DNA from: Octopus bimaculoides
Taxonomy: Eukaryota
NCBI RefSeq assembly: GCF_001194135.2
Contig: NC_068982.1
Span: forward strand, 92,189,302-92,253,301
Direction of reading: 5' to 3'
DNA: 64,000 nucleotides
Numbering within the stretch: the first letter of the stretch is position 1; every line of letters starts with the position of its first letter. This document shows, piece by piece, positions 11,857 to 23,920 of this stretch. The translations under genes were made by a program, and so were the position numbers. The notes below the pieces were generated by a model. That model searched no databases, was not told the DNA's origin, and saw only the letters and a program-made list of their open reading frames with translations.

Positions 11857-12479
11857 CCTGAGAAGACCCAGCAAGCCAAGTGAGATCATAACTTGTGGCC
11901 TATGCCAGTGGTGTAACCAGCCCACTTAAGGATACCTTTCCTTCATTGGACTCTAAACTCTGCTTGCGAAGACCTGTTGAGGTAAGTGAAATCAAAATCA
12001 AATTCAATGACAGCATTGCAGGATTGGCATCCATGCCAGTGGAACGCTAAGAGCACCATCCGAGCATGATCGTTGCCAGGGCTGCTGACAGGCTACCATG
12101 CTGGTGGCACATAAAATGCACCATTCAAGCATGATCATTACCAGCGTTGCCTTACTGGCACTTGTACCAGTGGCACATGAAAAACAACATTCGAGTGAGG
12201 TCATTGGCAGTGCCGGTGAACTGGCTCCTGTGCAGGTGGCACGTAAAAACCCCATTTTGAGCATGGCCGTTGCCAGTACTGCCTGACTGACCCTTATGCT
12301 GGTAGCACGTAAAAGCACCCACTACACTCTCAGAGTGGTTGGCATTAGGAAGGGCATCCAGCTGTAGAAACTCTGCCAGATCAGATTGGAACCTGGTGCA
12401 GCCATCTGGCTAGCCAGTCCTCAGTCAAACCGTCCAACCCATGCCAGCATGGAAAGCGGACGTTAAACGATGATGATGA
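11845..12479 (+). mobile_element. RTE LINE 3' UTR / derived repeat ending in (GAT)n
   Basis: Closely similar to 38017-38458 and to the 3' end of the RTE at 26455-28510. Ends ...GGACGTTAAACGATGATGATGAT. Confidence 0.8.
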
Positions 12480-12689
12480 TATATATTCAAAACTTAAGGA
12501 ATGGATAAAATCTAGGATACATATGTTTCATAGCTAGCAGAACCTTGGAAGTAGTAAATTATCTAAAGGAAGGGTAGATCACAAGCTACTCTTCAGGCGA
12601 AATATAACTTGATTATATGAAGTTTACATTGTCATTAAGAGATCCTGTGTTAACTCATTATGGATTCAATTAAAATGCCATTTATTCTT

Positions 12690-14720
12690 AACATCTTCAG
12701 CATTCACCAGATTTCAGAGTGATTTACCTTGTCAAAGGTCTTCTCTGAGTTAACAAACTGCTAGGCCTACTCTTGGCTAAGTACTCTTCTTACTGTTGTT
12801 CCAGATGCATTTTGATCAAATCCCCAATGAGTTAACACAAGATCTCCTAAGGACAATGTAAACTTCATATAATCAAGATATCCTTGGCCTGAAGAGTAGC
12901 TTGCAGTCTACCCCTCGTTTGGATAATACACTACTTCCAAGGTTCCACTAGCCATGAAACAAACGTATCCTGGATTTTATCTACTCCATTCCCTAAATTT
13001 TGAATGTTTATTCTCATGTACAACTCCTGTTGCTAACCATGAACTATAAAATTAACATCTTTCAGCTTATCGTATTTCAATACAGGAAAAATTCACAACC
13101 TACTATTGTTCCTGAAAGTTGTTTTTTATATATATATAAATGCACACACATACATTATGTGGACAATATTTTCAATGAAGACAGTACAACCATATCTCAT
13201 TCTTCAAATGCTTCAATTCTGCATATGTTCATTTATTTATTAGATTGCTGACATATTTATCAATTTACCATTGTGCTGATGAGTGATTTTCAATCACTGA
13301 TAAAACTGTCAGCATTTTTGATGACACAGGTATACTAGTTTGTTATATAAAAAGTCTACCTCCTTCATGAGCTTGCTTGTGATTCCCGACATCACCTCTT
13401 GTACACCCATATTTTGCACAAGGTACACTGAATGAAATTCCTACCTTCTCCTTTACTACATCTCAACCAAGGTTATTTCCTGATGATAGCAGGGATTCCA
13501 TCTTCTTTTTTACTTATTGATATGTTAGTCTTTGCTAAATTTACTTTGAGGCCTCTCAATTCTAGGTCTTGGTTCCCTGTTTGGAATTTCTTCTCTAATT
13601 CCACTAAGAACTAGGTTATCAGCACATAGGAGTTCTCATGGAGAGCCAATCTTAAACTTGGAAACTGAAAAATAGAAGGGAACTGAGAGTTAAGCCCTGA
13701 TCAAGCCATATATTCCTAGTGTCCTCAGTATTCATCAGATTTCAGAGTGAGGCACCTTGTCAAAGGTTTTCTCTTGGTCAACAAACTGCTAGGCTTGCTT
13801 TTGGCTAAGTACTCTTCTTGCTATTGTCCCAGTTGTAAGGTGGCATCTATAGTACCTCTTCCTGGCACAAAACCAAACTACATCTCATATAAGCTAATCC
13901 TTATCCTAATTAATTGGGCTAAGTCCCTTTCTGTAAATTTCATAACCTGGTCAAATAATTTAATACACCTGTAATTTCCTCCCTCTGGTCAGGGCTGGAT
14001 TAAGACCTATCAAGGCCTAAGCACTTAAAAGATTTTGGTACCCCCATAAAAGATTATGTAATTCAAAATATAAACAATAAACCATAAAATAAATTTTCAT
14101 TTTTCAAAATGAAACAAAACAGTAAGAGGGAAAATAATGTTTATTTTTGTATACTTCCATTTTATTTATATTTGAAAAGCTTCCTCCTACTTTTTTGAAT
14201 CTTAGATAACACATCTGCATCTATACTTAGTAGAGATAAAAGCATCCCGAATATTATTTTAGCAAGTTTAATGTGATTACTTTTGTGCCGTAAACCATTT
14301 ACCATTTCTGTGGTGCCCCCTCCTTCCCTTGATGCCCTAAGCACATACTTATTTTGCTTAATGGTTAATCCAGCGCTGCCTCTGGTACATCTCTTTTGCT
14401 CTTATAGCTGATGATGATGATGTTATGCCAGTTATTTCATTTGATACCTTCCTGTACTATTTGATTAATTATGCAGGTGACTGGCTCAAACCTTACTTTA
14501 TCAGACATTTTAAGCATCCCAACAGTAGCAGTAATTCCTGATGAACTAGGTGCCTTCCTAGCCTTTGTATCCTTAATGCTCCATCATACCATTATCAGCT
14601 TGAACACCTGGCCCCAATGTTGAGTCTATACTGGAGAAATTCTTTTTGTCCCCTTCATTCTCTTCATTCAGTAGCCTCTCATAATATCACCTTTGACAAC
14701 CTCTCAAAATAGAACCCACA
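12690..14720 (-). mobile_element. Fragmented RTE LINE RT region
   Basis: Minus strand gives KCIKLFDQVMK...FGFVPGRGTIDA, ELLCADNLVL and MLKMSDKV...IINQIVQEG, the same motifs as the RTE at 27545-28303. Confidence 0.7.
13990..14378. mobile_element. hAT-type MITE
   Basis: TIRs CAGGGCTGGATTAA / TTAATCCAGCGCTG. Exact 8-bp TSD CCTCTGGT at 13982-13989 and 14379-14386. Confidence 0.9.
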
Positions 14721-15199
14721 GCAAGATTTAAAATTGTATATTTATTAAAATGTATGCCTTAATTTTGAAACACTGTCTAGTGCACAATTAATTAATTAAT
14801 CCACATTGTTAGAATATACACTGCCAATTTAGCTGCTTGGCCTAATTTGAATAAATCAAAATTCTTTGTAAGTTGTACAGAGAATGCTCCATGAATTAAA
14901 TATGAAGAAACTATTATGGCAAACTAAAGGACTTTAGTTTCATGTACTTCAACTCATTTAAAATTCTTTATTTTATATTTTCTTAGGTATTTACATATCT
15001 GAATTTGTAACTAACCTGATAGATACATTTAGGCTAGAATTCTACAAATTGTGTTCTTTAAAAGTAATTAACACTATTTCTTCATTTCAAATGAAGAGAT
15101 ATCTCTTAATTTTTGTCCAACATCATAACAAAGAACACTTGAACCAATTTTTACTGAAAAAAGGATTAGTCAGCTCTGACTTTCGACTACACTAAATAT

Positions 15200-16467
15200 T
15201 AAACGATGCAAGTTTCATTTTCTCTTTTATGAAACAAGAACTTCTTCCCTCAAGTTAACGGTTTCTAAATATAACGGGTATTATGTTCTGATTTGCGGAG
15301 TGAAAAATCTGTATAAATGTATTTCTTGCAGGTCGTTCTCCATCCCAGCCTATGTTTTGGCAGCATGTTCTCATCTCCATGCGGACATGAGGTGCGAGAG
15401 AAAATATTTTACGACAATTACGTAATATTTATGATGCGTGCGCACATGCAACTTTTTTCTTCGTAAGGGAGATAACTCTTAACTAAGCTCTTACTGATGT
15501 GAAGTTACTCCAACATAGGATGCTATAGATCTGATTTTAAAGGTTTGTGAAAAATAATAATAGCTATTATGATTTTTCTGTGCATATATATTTATTTAAT
15601 GTCGTGTTGTGGGGCATATATTTCATTAGAAAGTACCATTTTGATATTCCGGATAAAAATATATCGTGTATGCGTAATCATTATTCACTGTTTATTTACT
15701 TGAATTACAATTTAAACAAGTTTACAACTCAACATGACTTACTCATACTTTGTGTATACTTGTCAGTGTATTGGTTTAACAGAATAGAAATATATTTCTG
15801 TGGGTAGTTATTGCGCTTAAAAAAGAATGTTTTCGCTGCCCAGTGCAGTTGAACATTGTGTAAGATGGAAACTTGCTATTTCTATAAAATGGCGTCACTT
15901 CCCAATAGATGTCAGCATTCATTGTGGCAATACTAACTGACCTAAATAAATTTCATAAGCACCGAACAAAAATATAAATTTAGTGCATAATTCTAAACAA
16001 CATCAATTCCGTTATACTTGCGTAAATATACCTCAATGATCGACTTTATAAAGTTCATATTTCGATATAAACAAAAGAAAGCTCCTTGGAAACCGTGAGG
16101 GCACACATAGATAAATACACATTCACACGCAGATGAAAATATGACAAATTCTATGTGTTTGTTATTTAATATTTTGTTATTTGTTTGAATGAAGCAATTT
16201 TGAAATTTACAATGCTTTTATTTTGATTTATTTTTATTTTTTATTTTATTTTTCAAGATTGTAGCACTAAATTTAATGAAGAATGTTGCACAGTATCCAT
16301 ACGGTGGTGTACAGCTAAGTTTTCCAAAAAAAATTCCTACTGAATTTAGCCTCATGTTGGACAATGAGACTAATGGAATGACTAAGAAGAAACATAGCCT
16401 TCTTCAGAAGTACCGAGTTAAACCACACGATCTATTAATCACCTATTCATACCATTGAAGATATATA

Positions 16468-16530
<63 letters not shown>

Positions 16531-17438
16531 ATATGATCATTGAAGCCTAAACCGAATTTTAAAGGGAAGTTATCAAATTTTAAAGGGAAGGAAGTTGATT
16601 TTATAAGTCGTTCTAAATTTTAAAGAAGTATTTGTAAAAACGTTATTAGCAGTGTATTATAATGATGATGATGATGATCTCTATCGAATTATCGATAAAT
16701 AGGTTTTTGCCTTAAAACACGAATAAAAATTATTACAAGAATAAATTACTTGTTTTTACTCTTTTACTGGTTTTATTCATTGGACTGCGGCCAGCTGTGG
16801 CACCGCCTCCAATAGTTTTGTTGAATTTACCGACCATTAACGTAGCTGGAGTGGGTGGTCCGCCCCGGGTGCACTTTTATGGAGGCGGCACCACTTTTGG
16901 GTCTGTGTCGGCAATATGTATTTTTTGTGGGGGCCGGGGGCGGCACACTAGCTATGCTAGTGATACCGATCCTGGAGAAATTATTTCAATTGTCCGTTTG
17001 TTTCTATCAGTTCCTGGTAAACTTTCCGGATTTTTGTGTCATGATTTTCTCCCGTTAACGATACGGTTTTTCCCCTGCATCTGAATTTACCTAACGTAAA
17101 GGAAGCGAAAACAGTTTTGGTTTCTGTTTGATACTCTATAAATTTGGATCCACTATATATTTTACTCACTTTTCGTATCTGACGTGAGCAAAACATTGAA
17201 TATTAATAGAAGAGAAAACGATTAACAATAAATACACGAGACGCAATTACTTATCTACAAAATTAAGGCTTTCATCTCATTTGACTGTTGGTTGTGGCGA
17301 AGATTCAAAGCTTACTGAAGACCGCAACTCACAGGTGGATGCTTATTAAGGTATATCAAAAGATTTCATCAGAAGACATTGTCATTGCAAACATTTTAAT
17401 CCAAGTCATTGCTCTCACATTATGGGCATATCGTCACG
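15200..17438 (+). promoter_or_regulatory. Candidate promoter / first exon region of the complete IAP gene
   Basis: CpG dinucleotides are visibly retained here but depleted across most of the window. Composite TATAAAATGGCGTCACTTCC at 15883-15902 (TATA/YY1/CRE-half/ETS-like). Strong donor CACG|GTGAGT at 17438/17439. No transcript evidence. Confidence 0.4.
16835..16962. mobile_element. Small decayed hAT-type MITE
   Basis: Imperfect TIRs CATTAACGTAGCTGG / CTAGCTATGCTAGTG, GC-rich CCGCCCCGGG interior, 6/8 TSD (TTACCGAC / ATACCGAT). Confidence 0.55.
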
Positions 17439-17519
17439 GTGAGTATTAAAATGATTTCATGGGTGTCTGGAAATTAAGTTATAGTTATGGTACATAAAGG
17501 GATTAGCATGCATACACAA

Positions 17520-17672
17520 TGAGCTTCTATTTGTCAAATTCTGGTAGGAAGGCGTTGGTCAACTTAAGGCTACAATAGGAAGGCACTTAACCAAGGTGCT
17601 GCACAGTGGGATCAAATCCAGAACTACATGGTTGCAAAGAACTTCTTAACTACACACCTATGCCTACGCCTG
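17520..17672 (-). mobile_element. tRNA-derived SINE (family also at 21550, 22205, 24340, 28950, 34670, 47038, 53085)
   Basis: Reverse complement reads GTGTAGTTAAGAAGTT...AACCATGTAGTTCTGGATTTGATCCCACTGTGCAGCACCTTGG. Multiple copies occur in the window. Confidence 0.65.
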
Positions 17673-20099
17673 TTACTGTTCGATTTTTTTGTTTTTGTAA
17701 TAAAAACGTCCCAACTTTTTGCCTTAAGACCATCACTTTCGTTTTGATTCAAAGTGTTTTTGGTACCCCGTATATCTACACGCTATTATTTATAGTTTTA
17801 TCTGCTTTAAGATCCACCATTTCAAAAAGGAATTATTTCACAATCTGAAATAACTAAATGTATGTGTATCTGATTTAGTGGGAGAGAAAACCACGTCCAT
17901 AATGTTTTTAGTCTCTCTAAAATGAGATTAAGAGTAATTGATTGTTATGAATGTGGTTAATATTCGTTTTGAATTGTTTAAAGTGGTTTTTGTTGCTTGG
18001 TGCCCCACAGATGAGCCCTGATCATTCATTCCTGTGATCAAAGGATTGCATCTGTGAACTTTTTTTTTTCTGTCAGACAGTGTATCTAGGACTACTTTAT
18101 GAAATGAATTCTTATAATATTGAAAGTGTGATTTGAGGTAGATTTAGCTGCTATTTCTGTTTGTGAAGTAGGAGCTCATTGTTAATGTGGGAGGGGAAAA
18201 ACATTTTAGTTAATTAAAATTATGTGAAGAATTTAGTCTTTAAACATAAACCAATATTCTGAAGTATTAAGATATTTGATTTATGAATAATATATTTTCT
18301 TTTCATATATGTTTTTTAAGAAATTCAATTATACCAAATTGTTGATATATCATTACAAATCACTGTTATACTTCTAATCCAGTGATTAATTTCTTGAAAA
18401 CCAAAAGAAAACAAATTTGGAAAGTAATGTTGCTTGAAAGATATTTTAAAGAGTTTTCCTTTTTTTTTAATTGGTTGTTTCAAGGAATGGTAGTAATTCA
18501 TTAATTAAAATTGTCTGAAAATTAAATGCCACAAAAAAAAAACGATGTTAAAAATAGTAAGACTGTTTCAAAAACCTTTTTACCTAGTGAAAGTGTATAT
18601 AATATATTCATAATTTGTTAATGATGATTATGACAGATGCCTTTTCCATCACCTACCAAGGTAAAAATAAAACTATTAATATAAATCCAAACAGAGCTAA
18701 AGGTTGTTTTTCCAGTTATGAAGCAAAATTAAATGTGCCTGTTATAACAGCTAAAAAGTTATGCGAAATAATCTGAATGAATAGTTGTCTGGTTGCTTAT
18801 AACAGTTGCAATTATTCAGTGACTTGTACATCTATTTTAAAAGTGTTGATTTAACTGATAACATTAAGTTGAAGTTAGCTATGATGGTGCAGTAATATTG
18901 ATTTGCTACACAATGGGTTTAAAGCCATAGTTTTAATAAAAGCTTATATATGTCTTTTAAACTTAGACTGAACTGAAGGTACTACAAGCAAAAGTCGAGA
19001 GTTTGTAAATGTTGTTTAATTCGTGAACTAATCGTGGCTGGGCAGAGGCCAATTTATGATCAGAAGCAGTCCAGCCTTGGCAACCCTATTCTTTTCTGAG
19101 GCATTGCATATCAAAAACTACATCTAACTGTATGCCTCCTTTTTCAAGATGAAAGGATGATATTTAATGGAGATTTGACTGTTTCTTGCCATTCTTGCTA
19201 CTCTTTTGAAGTTCTCTATAATACTACTATAGGCAACAATGTGAATTTTAAAACTCCATAGTCTTTTCCAAGCATGTCTTTAAATATGATCGTTTTTGAA
19301 ATTAATGAGTGATAATATCATGATGAATGATAAGTTTAGTTCAGCATACTATTTACATTCCACTGATTTAATTTTTGGTGAAGAGCCATCTGTTACATGC
19401 AGTAAAAGCTAAAGCTGAAACCAATTTGATAGAGTGTTGTTGGGTCCCTATAGTCAATTCTGCTTGAGAAGACATTGTATACCGGTCGATGATTGAACAT
19501 TTGGAATTATTAATCTGTAGGGCCTAAATCCTTGTCATGCAGGTACAAAATCTGTTTAACCATGAAAATTTGGTTATAATTGTGGGCATGTTGATACTGA
19601 CCCATTAACTCCTTGGAAGTGTAAATAAAAATTACCAGTTTTCGTAATGCTAATATCCTTGAAAAATTCCTTTTTCCTAAAACTCTGAAACTTCTTTTTA
19701 TTTAAGAAACCAATACTAGAAGTCAGCATTCATATGTTTCTGGGAAAGACTTTTTATCCAAATAGTTGATACTACAATTCAAAATATTCAGCTAATTAAT
19801 TTTAAGAAAATAGTCTGTTGATACAGTTAACATAAGAGTCCTGACTATAATGCATGAAAAATTTCACTCATCTCTATAAAAAGTGGTTTTTAACACTATT
19901 GCAGCTCACTCAATACTATCACCCATACTTCATGCATTACTCAAGATACAAGCTTCATCCCCCCAAATTACAGCTTGACTTATTGGTTACTGTCCAAATG
20001 GATCTCTACCTCGTAGAATCCTGCTCACCACACTCAGCTATGATGGCTCCTGAAGGAGTATTCCTGTAGCAGAAACTTCCATGTTTGCTGTCTGATTTA

Positions 20100-20293
20100 C
20101 ATGCAAAGCCATACTGCACACAAGACTATCTTTTTCTTCTCCACCAGTTTCATCATTGCATATACACTTCCAACAAATGTCAGGATAGCTCTAGTCACCT
20201 AAAACCAACAGTCACTGACTTTGACAATGTCCCTTCCATTTCCCTTGAAAGCAGTACAGCCTAAGCCAGCTCTGTCTTTGACAAATTTTTACA

Positions 20294-20345
<52 letters not shown>

Positions 20346-20355
20346 NNNNNNNNNN

Positions 20356-20395
<40 letters not shown>

Positions 20396-21500
20396 ACTAA
20401 TTTTTGGAAACATGCTAATTATCACAGGTGACTTCTTTCTCACCTCTAATATTTCAAAAGTAACCAAAACGGTCATTAACACCTTGAGTCTCTCTACCTC
20501 CTCAATCAGTACAGCTTCAGTGGAACCAGGTTTGCTGTGGTCCTGCATACTATTCACTTTATTAAAGCATTTAGCCATGTCTAATATGAAAAACATCTGA
20601 CTAAACTGTTCATCCTTGGGCTCCATCTGACTTCTGTTTCTTGGGTCAAAAGCTTCCTGTTCAGTTATGCAGTTTTGCCCATATTCCATCACCTCTGGTG
20701 TTCCTCAAGGCTTAGTTATGTCTCCCCACATTCTTCCTCCTCTACATTAATGACATGCTTGCTTCACTTCTAACAATATTCACTCCAAGACTGATGACAC
20801 TATACACAGGATCATCCACATGCAACCTAAACACCCCATGTCAAATCTGCACTGTTTCCATGAATAGAAACTTGAAAACGTTCTCCAAAGAAGACAACAA
20901 TCTTGTTTCCTCCAACAACAAAGACAATAAATTCACATCAAAACTCTTTAGCTTGTCATAGACAACAAACAGCTAAAGTCCTCAAAATTACTATAAATGT
21001 TAGACCTCACAATCACAGATATTTTTTTTTACAATGGTGATTTCGTATCCATAGCATAACAAAGACGGTATCTTATTGACTAGCCTTCCCTGTCAGAACT
21101 AGAAAACATTTGAACTTCAATAAACTGCTGACTTTTTACGAAGTTCAAATGAAGCCAACCATGTAATGCTGCTTCCACCTCAGGGAAAACAATACTGCTG
21201 CACACCTTCATGCAAAAGCTCATTTAGCTAGTTAACATGGACGCTCCAATTTCTGTCTCTTCTCTCAACAACTACCATACACAATGTCCTCTGTTTCTTA
21301 GAACTATCTCTCTGCATACCACCTTTTCCAAACCAATTTGATACCTGTTTCTCCTCCCACAAATTGACCCCCATTTCCATTCCATTCAAGAACATCAAGT
21401 TTCTGGAATTTCCTTTCTGTCTATGTTTTCATTGTAATCATTGACTTAGAGATGTTCAAGCTGCAGCATCTGCCAATCTCTAAATATTTACAAAGATTAT
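20100..21500 (+). mobile_element. L2/CR1-like LINE RT remnant
   Basis: DMSKAFNKV-like, SGVPQG and FLLYINDM...DDT motifs at about 20560-20810, decayed. Contains a (CT)n microsatellite with a small gap. Confidence 0.65.
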
Positions 21501-22089
21501 GATTACTGTCTCTTTCTCATGACTAAAGCTATATAAAAATTCACTAGTACAGACATAGCCTTGTAGTTAAGAAGTTTGCTTCACAACCACTGCGTAGCAC
21601 TTTGGAAAATTGTCTTCTACCATAACTTCAGTTGACCAGTGTCTTGTTAGTAAAATTTCACAAAAACTGTACAAAAGTCCATTATGTAACTATGTATATC
21701 TGCAAAAAATGTAAGCTTAGTAAGCAAACTGATAAATGCTTTCAAATAAAGTCCTTTGTGGTATTTTATCTACCCAAGACAATCCCTTGACATTGCCATT
21801 GTAAGTGCAGTGAACGGGTGAATTGGCCTGTTGTAACCAACAATGTTATTCACAAAATATGAAGTCCAAGCAGTTCATCTGAATGGAATTCTCCAAGGAA
21901 GCAGATATTAATCTGCTAAATGATTTATTTTCAACGAAGAGCCAGAGTTTTAAAATGTTCTCTTGGTTACAAGAAGTAAACATGACTTGATTTTAAAATT
22001 GTACATTGTGAAATTATTTCATTGTGTGTGTGGATGGATATGCTGCAAATGAACTATGCATATATTTTTGTTTGTGAGTTTCTACTAAT

Positions 22090-22148
<59 letters not shown>

Positions 22149-22204
22149 ACATACATACGAGAGAGAATTATTTTAATACCTACTTTTCCATACTTGCATG
22201 TTTA

Positions 22205-22372
22205 GACAGAAATCACATTGCTTCTTTCAGTTTCCACCTGCCAAATCTTTTGACAAAGCTTTGGTCTGCCCAGAGCTGTAATAGAAGACACTTGTCCTGG
22301 ATTCCTTGCAGTAGGTCTGAATCTGAAACCTAGTGGCTGGGAAGCAAACTTCTTAACCACCCAGCTTATACA
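22205..22372 (-). mobile_element. tRNA-derived SINE copy
   Basis: Same family as 17520 and 28950 (...GAAGACACTTGTCC...GTGGCTGGGAAGCAAACTTCTTAACCAC). Confidence 0.65.
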
Positions 22373-23025
22373 TACACATGTGTGTGTGTGTTTACATATT
22401 TCATGCTCAACACTGCTTGAACAAAGCAGTAATGATGTTGACTTCATGACTGGTCAGTACATACTTTCATGGCCATGTGGTATAAAAGATGTCTCTTGAA
22501 AAACAAGTAAAGGTTGACAATAGGAAGAGCATCCAGTCATAAAATTCTGTCTCAAACCTTCATCCAAACCCATAATTGCATGGAAGAATGGATGTTATAT
22601 GAATGAATAAAAGAATATATATGTTTACATCTGCTTTCTATGCTGGCATATACTTGCTTCATTTCTTTCAAGTCTCTCCAGATTCTCTTCTTTCAAGGTC
22701 CATGTCTCTCCCCCCTATATCATTGTACTTTGAATGCATGCATCTCACAGTCTACCTTTCACCCTTAGAAGCCCTTCATTGCCAGCAGAAGTAAGAACTC
22801 ACTGAATAATTTCCAATCCTTTCTTATTGTAGATACTATGCTTCCAAACACACTCATCTACTTCTAATTAGGTCACTCAAGGAGCAGAAACTAGTCAATT
22901 CTAATGAGCTTTCAAAGAATTTGATAGTATCAACTTCCCATGGGTTTCTGGAGTTTACTACCTTCATCTATAGAATAAAAAGTTTATTAGAGTTGTAAAC
23001 TACATACACAAATAAACTTAAATAC

Positions 23026-23066
<41 letters not shown>

Positions 23067-23187
23067 CATCATCATAGATGCATTCAATTGTATTTTTATA
23101 GAGTTGTATTTATATGTATCATTAATGTCCATTTTTCCATGCCTGCATCAGTCAGATGGAATTTGTTGAAGTTGATTTTCTATGATT

Positions 23188-23653
23188 NNNNNNNNNNNNN
23201 NNNNNNNNNNNNNNNNNNNNNNNNNNNNNNNNNNNNNNNNNNNNNNNNNNNNNNNNNNNNNNNNNNNNNNNNNNNNNNNNNNNNNNNNNNNNNNNNNNNN
23301 NNNNNNNNNNNNNNNNNNNNNNNNNNNNNNNNNNNNNNNNNNNNNNNNNNNNNNNNNNNNNNNNNNNNNNNNNNNNNNNNNNNNNNNNNNNNNNNNNNNN
23401 NNNNNNNNNNNNNNNNNNNNNNNNNNNNNNNNNNNNNNNNNNNNNNNNNNNNNNNNNNNNNNNNNNNNNNNNNNNNNNNNNNNNNNNNNNNNNNNNNNNN
23501 NNNNNNNNNNNNNNNNNNNNNNNNNNNNNNNNNNNNNNNNNNNNNNNNNNNNNNNNNNNNNNNNNNNNNNNNNNNNNNNNNNNNNNNNNNNNNNNNNNNN
23601 NNNNNNNNNNNNNNNNNNNNNNNNNNNNNNNNNNNNNNNNNNNNNNNNNNNNN
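23188..23653. other. Assembly gap (also 30556-31056 and 51632-52289, plus small gaps)
   Basis: Runs of N. The large gaps fall inside young repeats (SINE head, Tc1 body, RTE 3' end). Confidence 1.
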
Positions 23654-23920
23654 CTCCGGCAGGGGATGGTTGCAAACCCTGCTGTACTCTTTCACCACAA
23701 CTTTCTCTCACTCTTACTTCCTGTTTCTGTTGTGCCTGTAATTCAAAGGGTCAGCCTTGTCACACTGTGTCATGCTGAATATCTCCGAGAACTATGTTAA
23801 GGGTACACGTGTCTGTGGAGTGCTTAGCCATTTGCACGTTAATTTCACGAGCAGGCTGTTCCGTTGATCGGATCAACTGGAACCCTCGACGTCGTAAGCG
23901 ATGGAGTGCCAACAACAACG
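23654..23920 (+). mobile_element. SINE, 3' part (5' end in gap)
   Basis: Near-identical to 37135-37384, ending GTGCCAACAACAAC. Confidence 0.85.

Noticed and set aside
11462-11929. ORFs rich in YI/CV/RE repeats (also 4412..4600, 20212..20394, 22022..22333, 52896..53281)
   Set aside because: These are translations of (TA)n, (TG)n and (GA)n microsatellites.
23088-23778. Long ORFs 23088..23741, 23148..23711, 23180..23698 and 23182..23778 (also 30524..31088 and 51407/51627..52358)
   Set aside because: They are open only because N runs contain no stop codons, so they are artefacts of assembly gaps.
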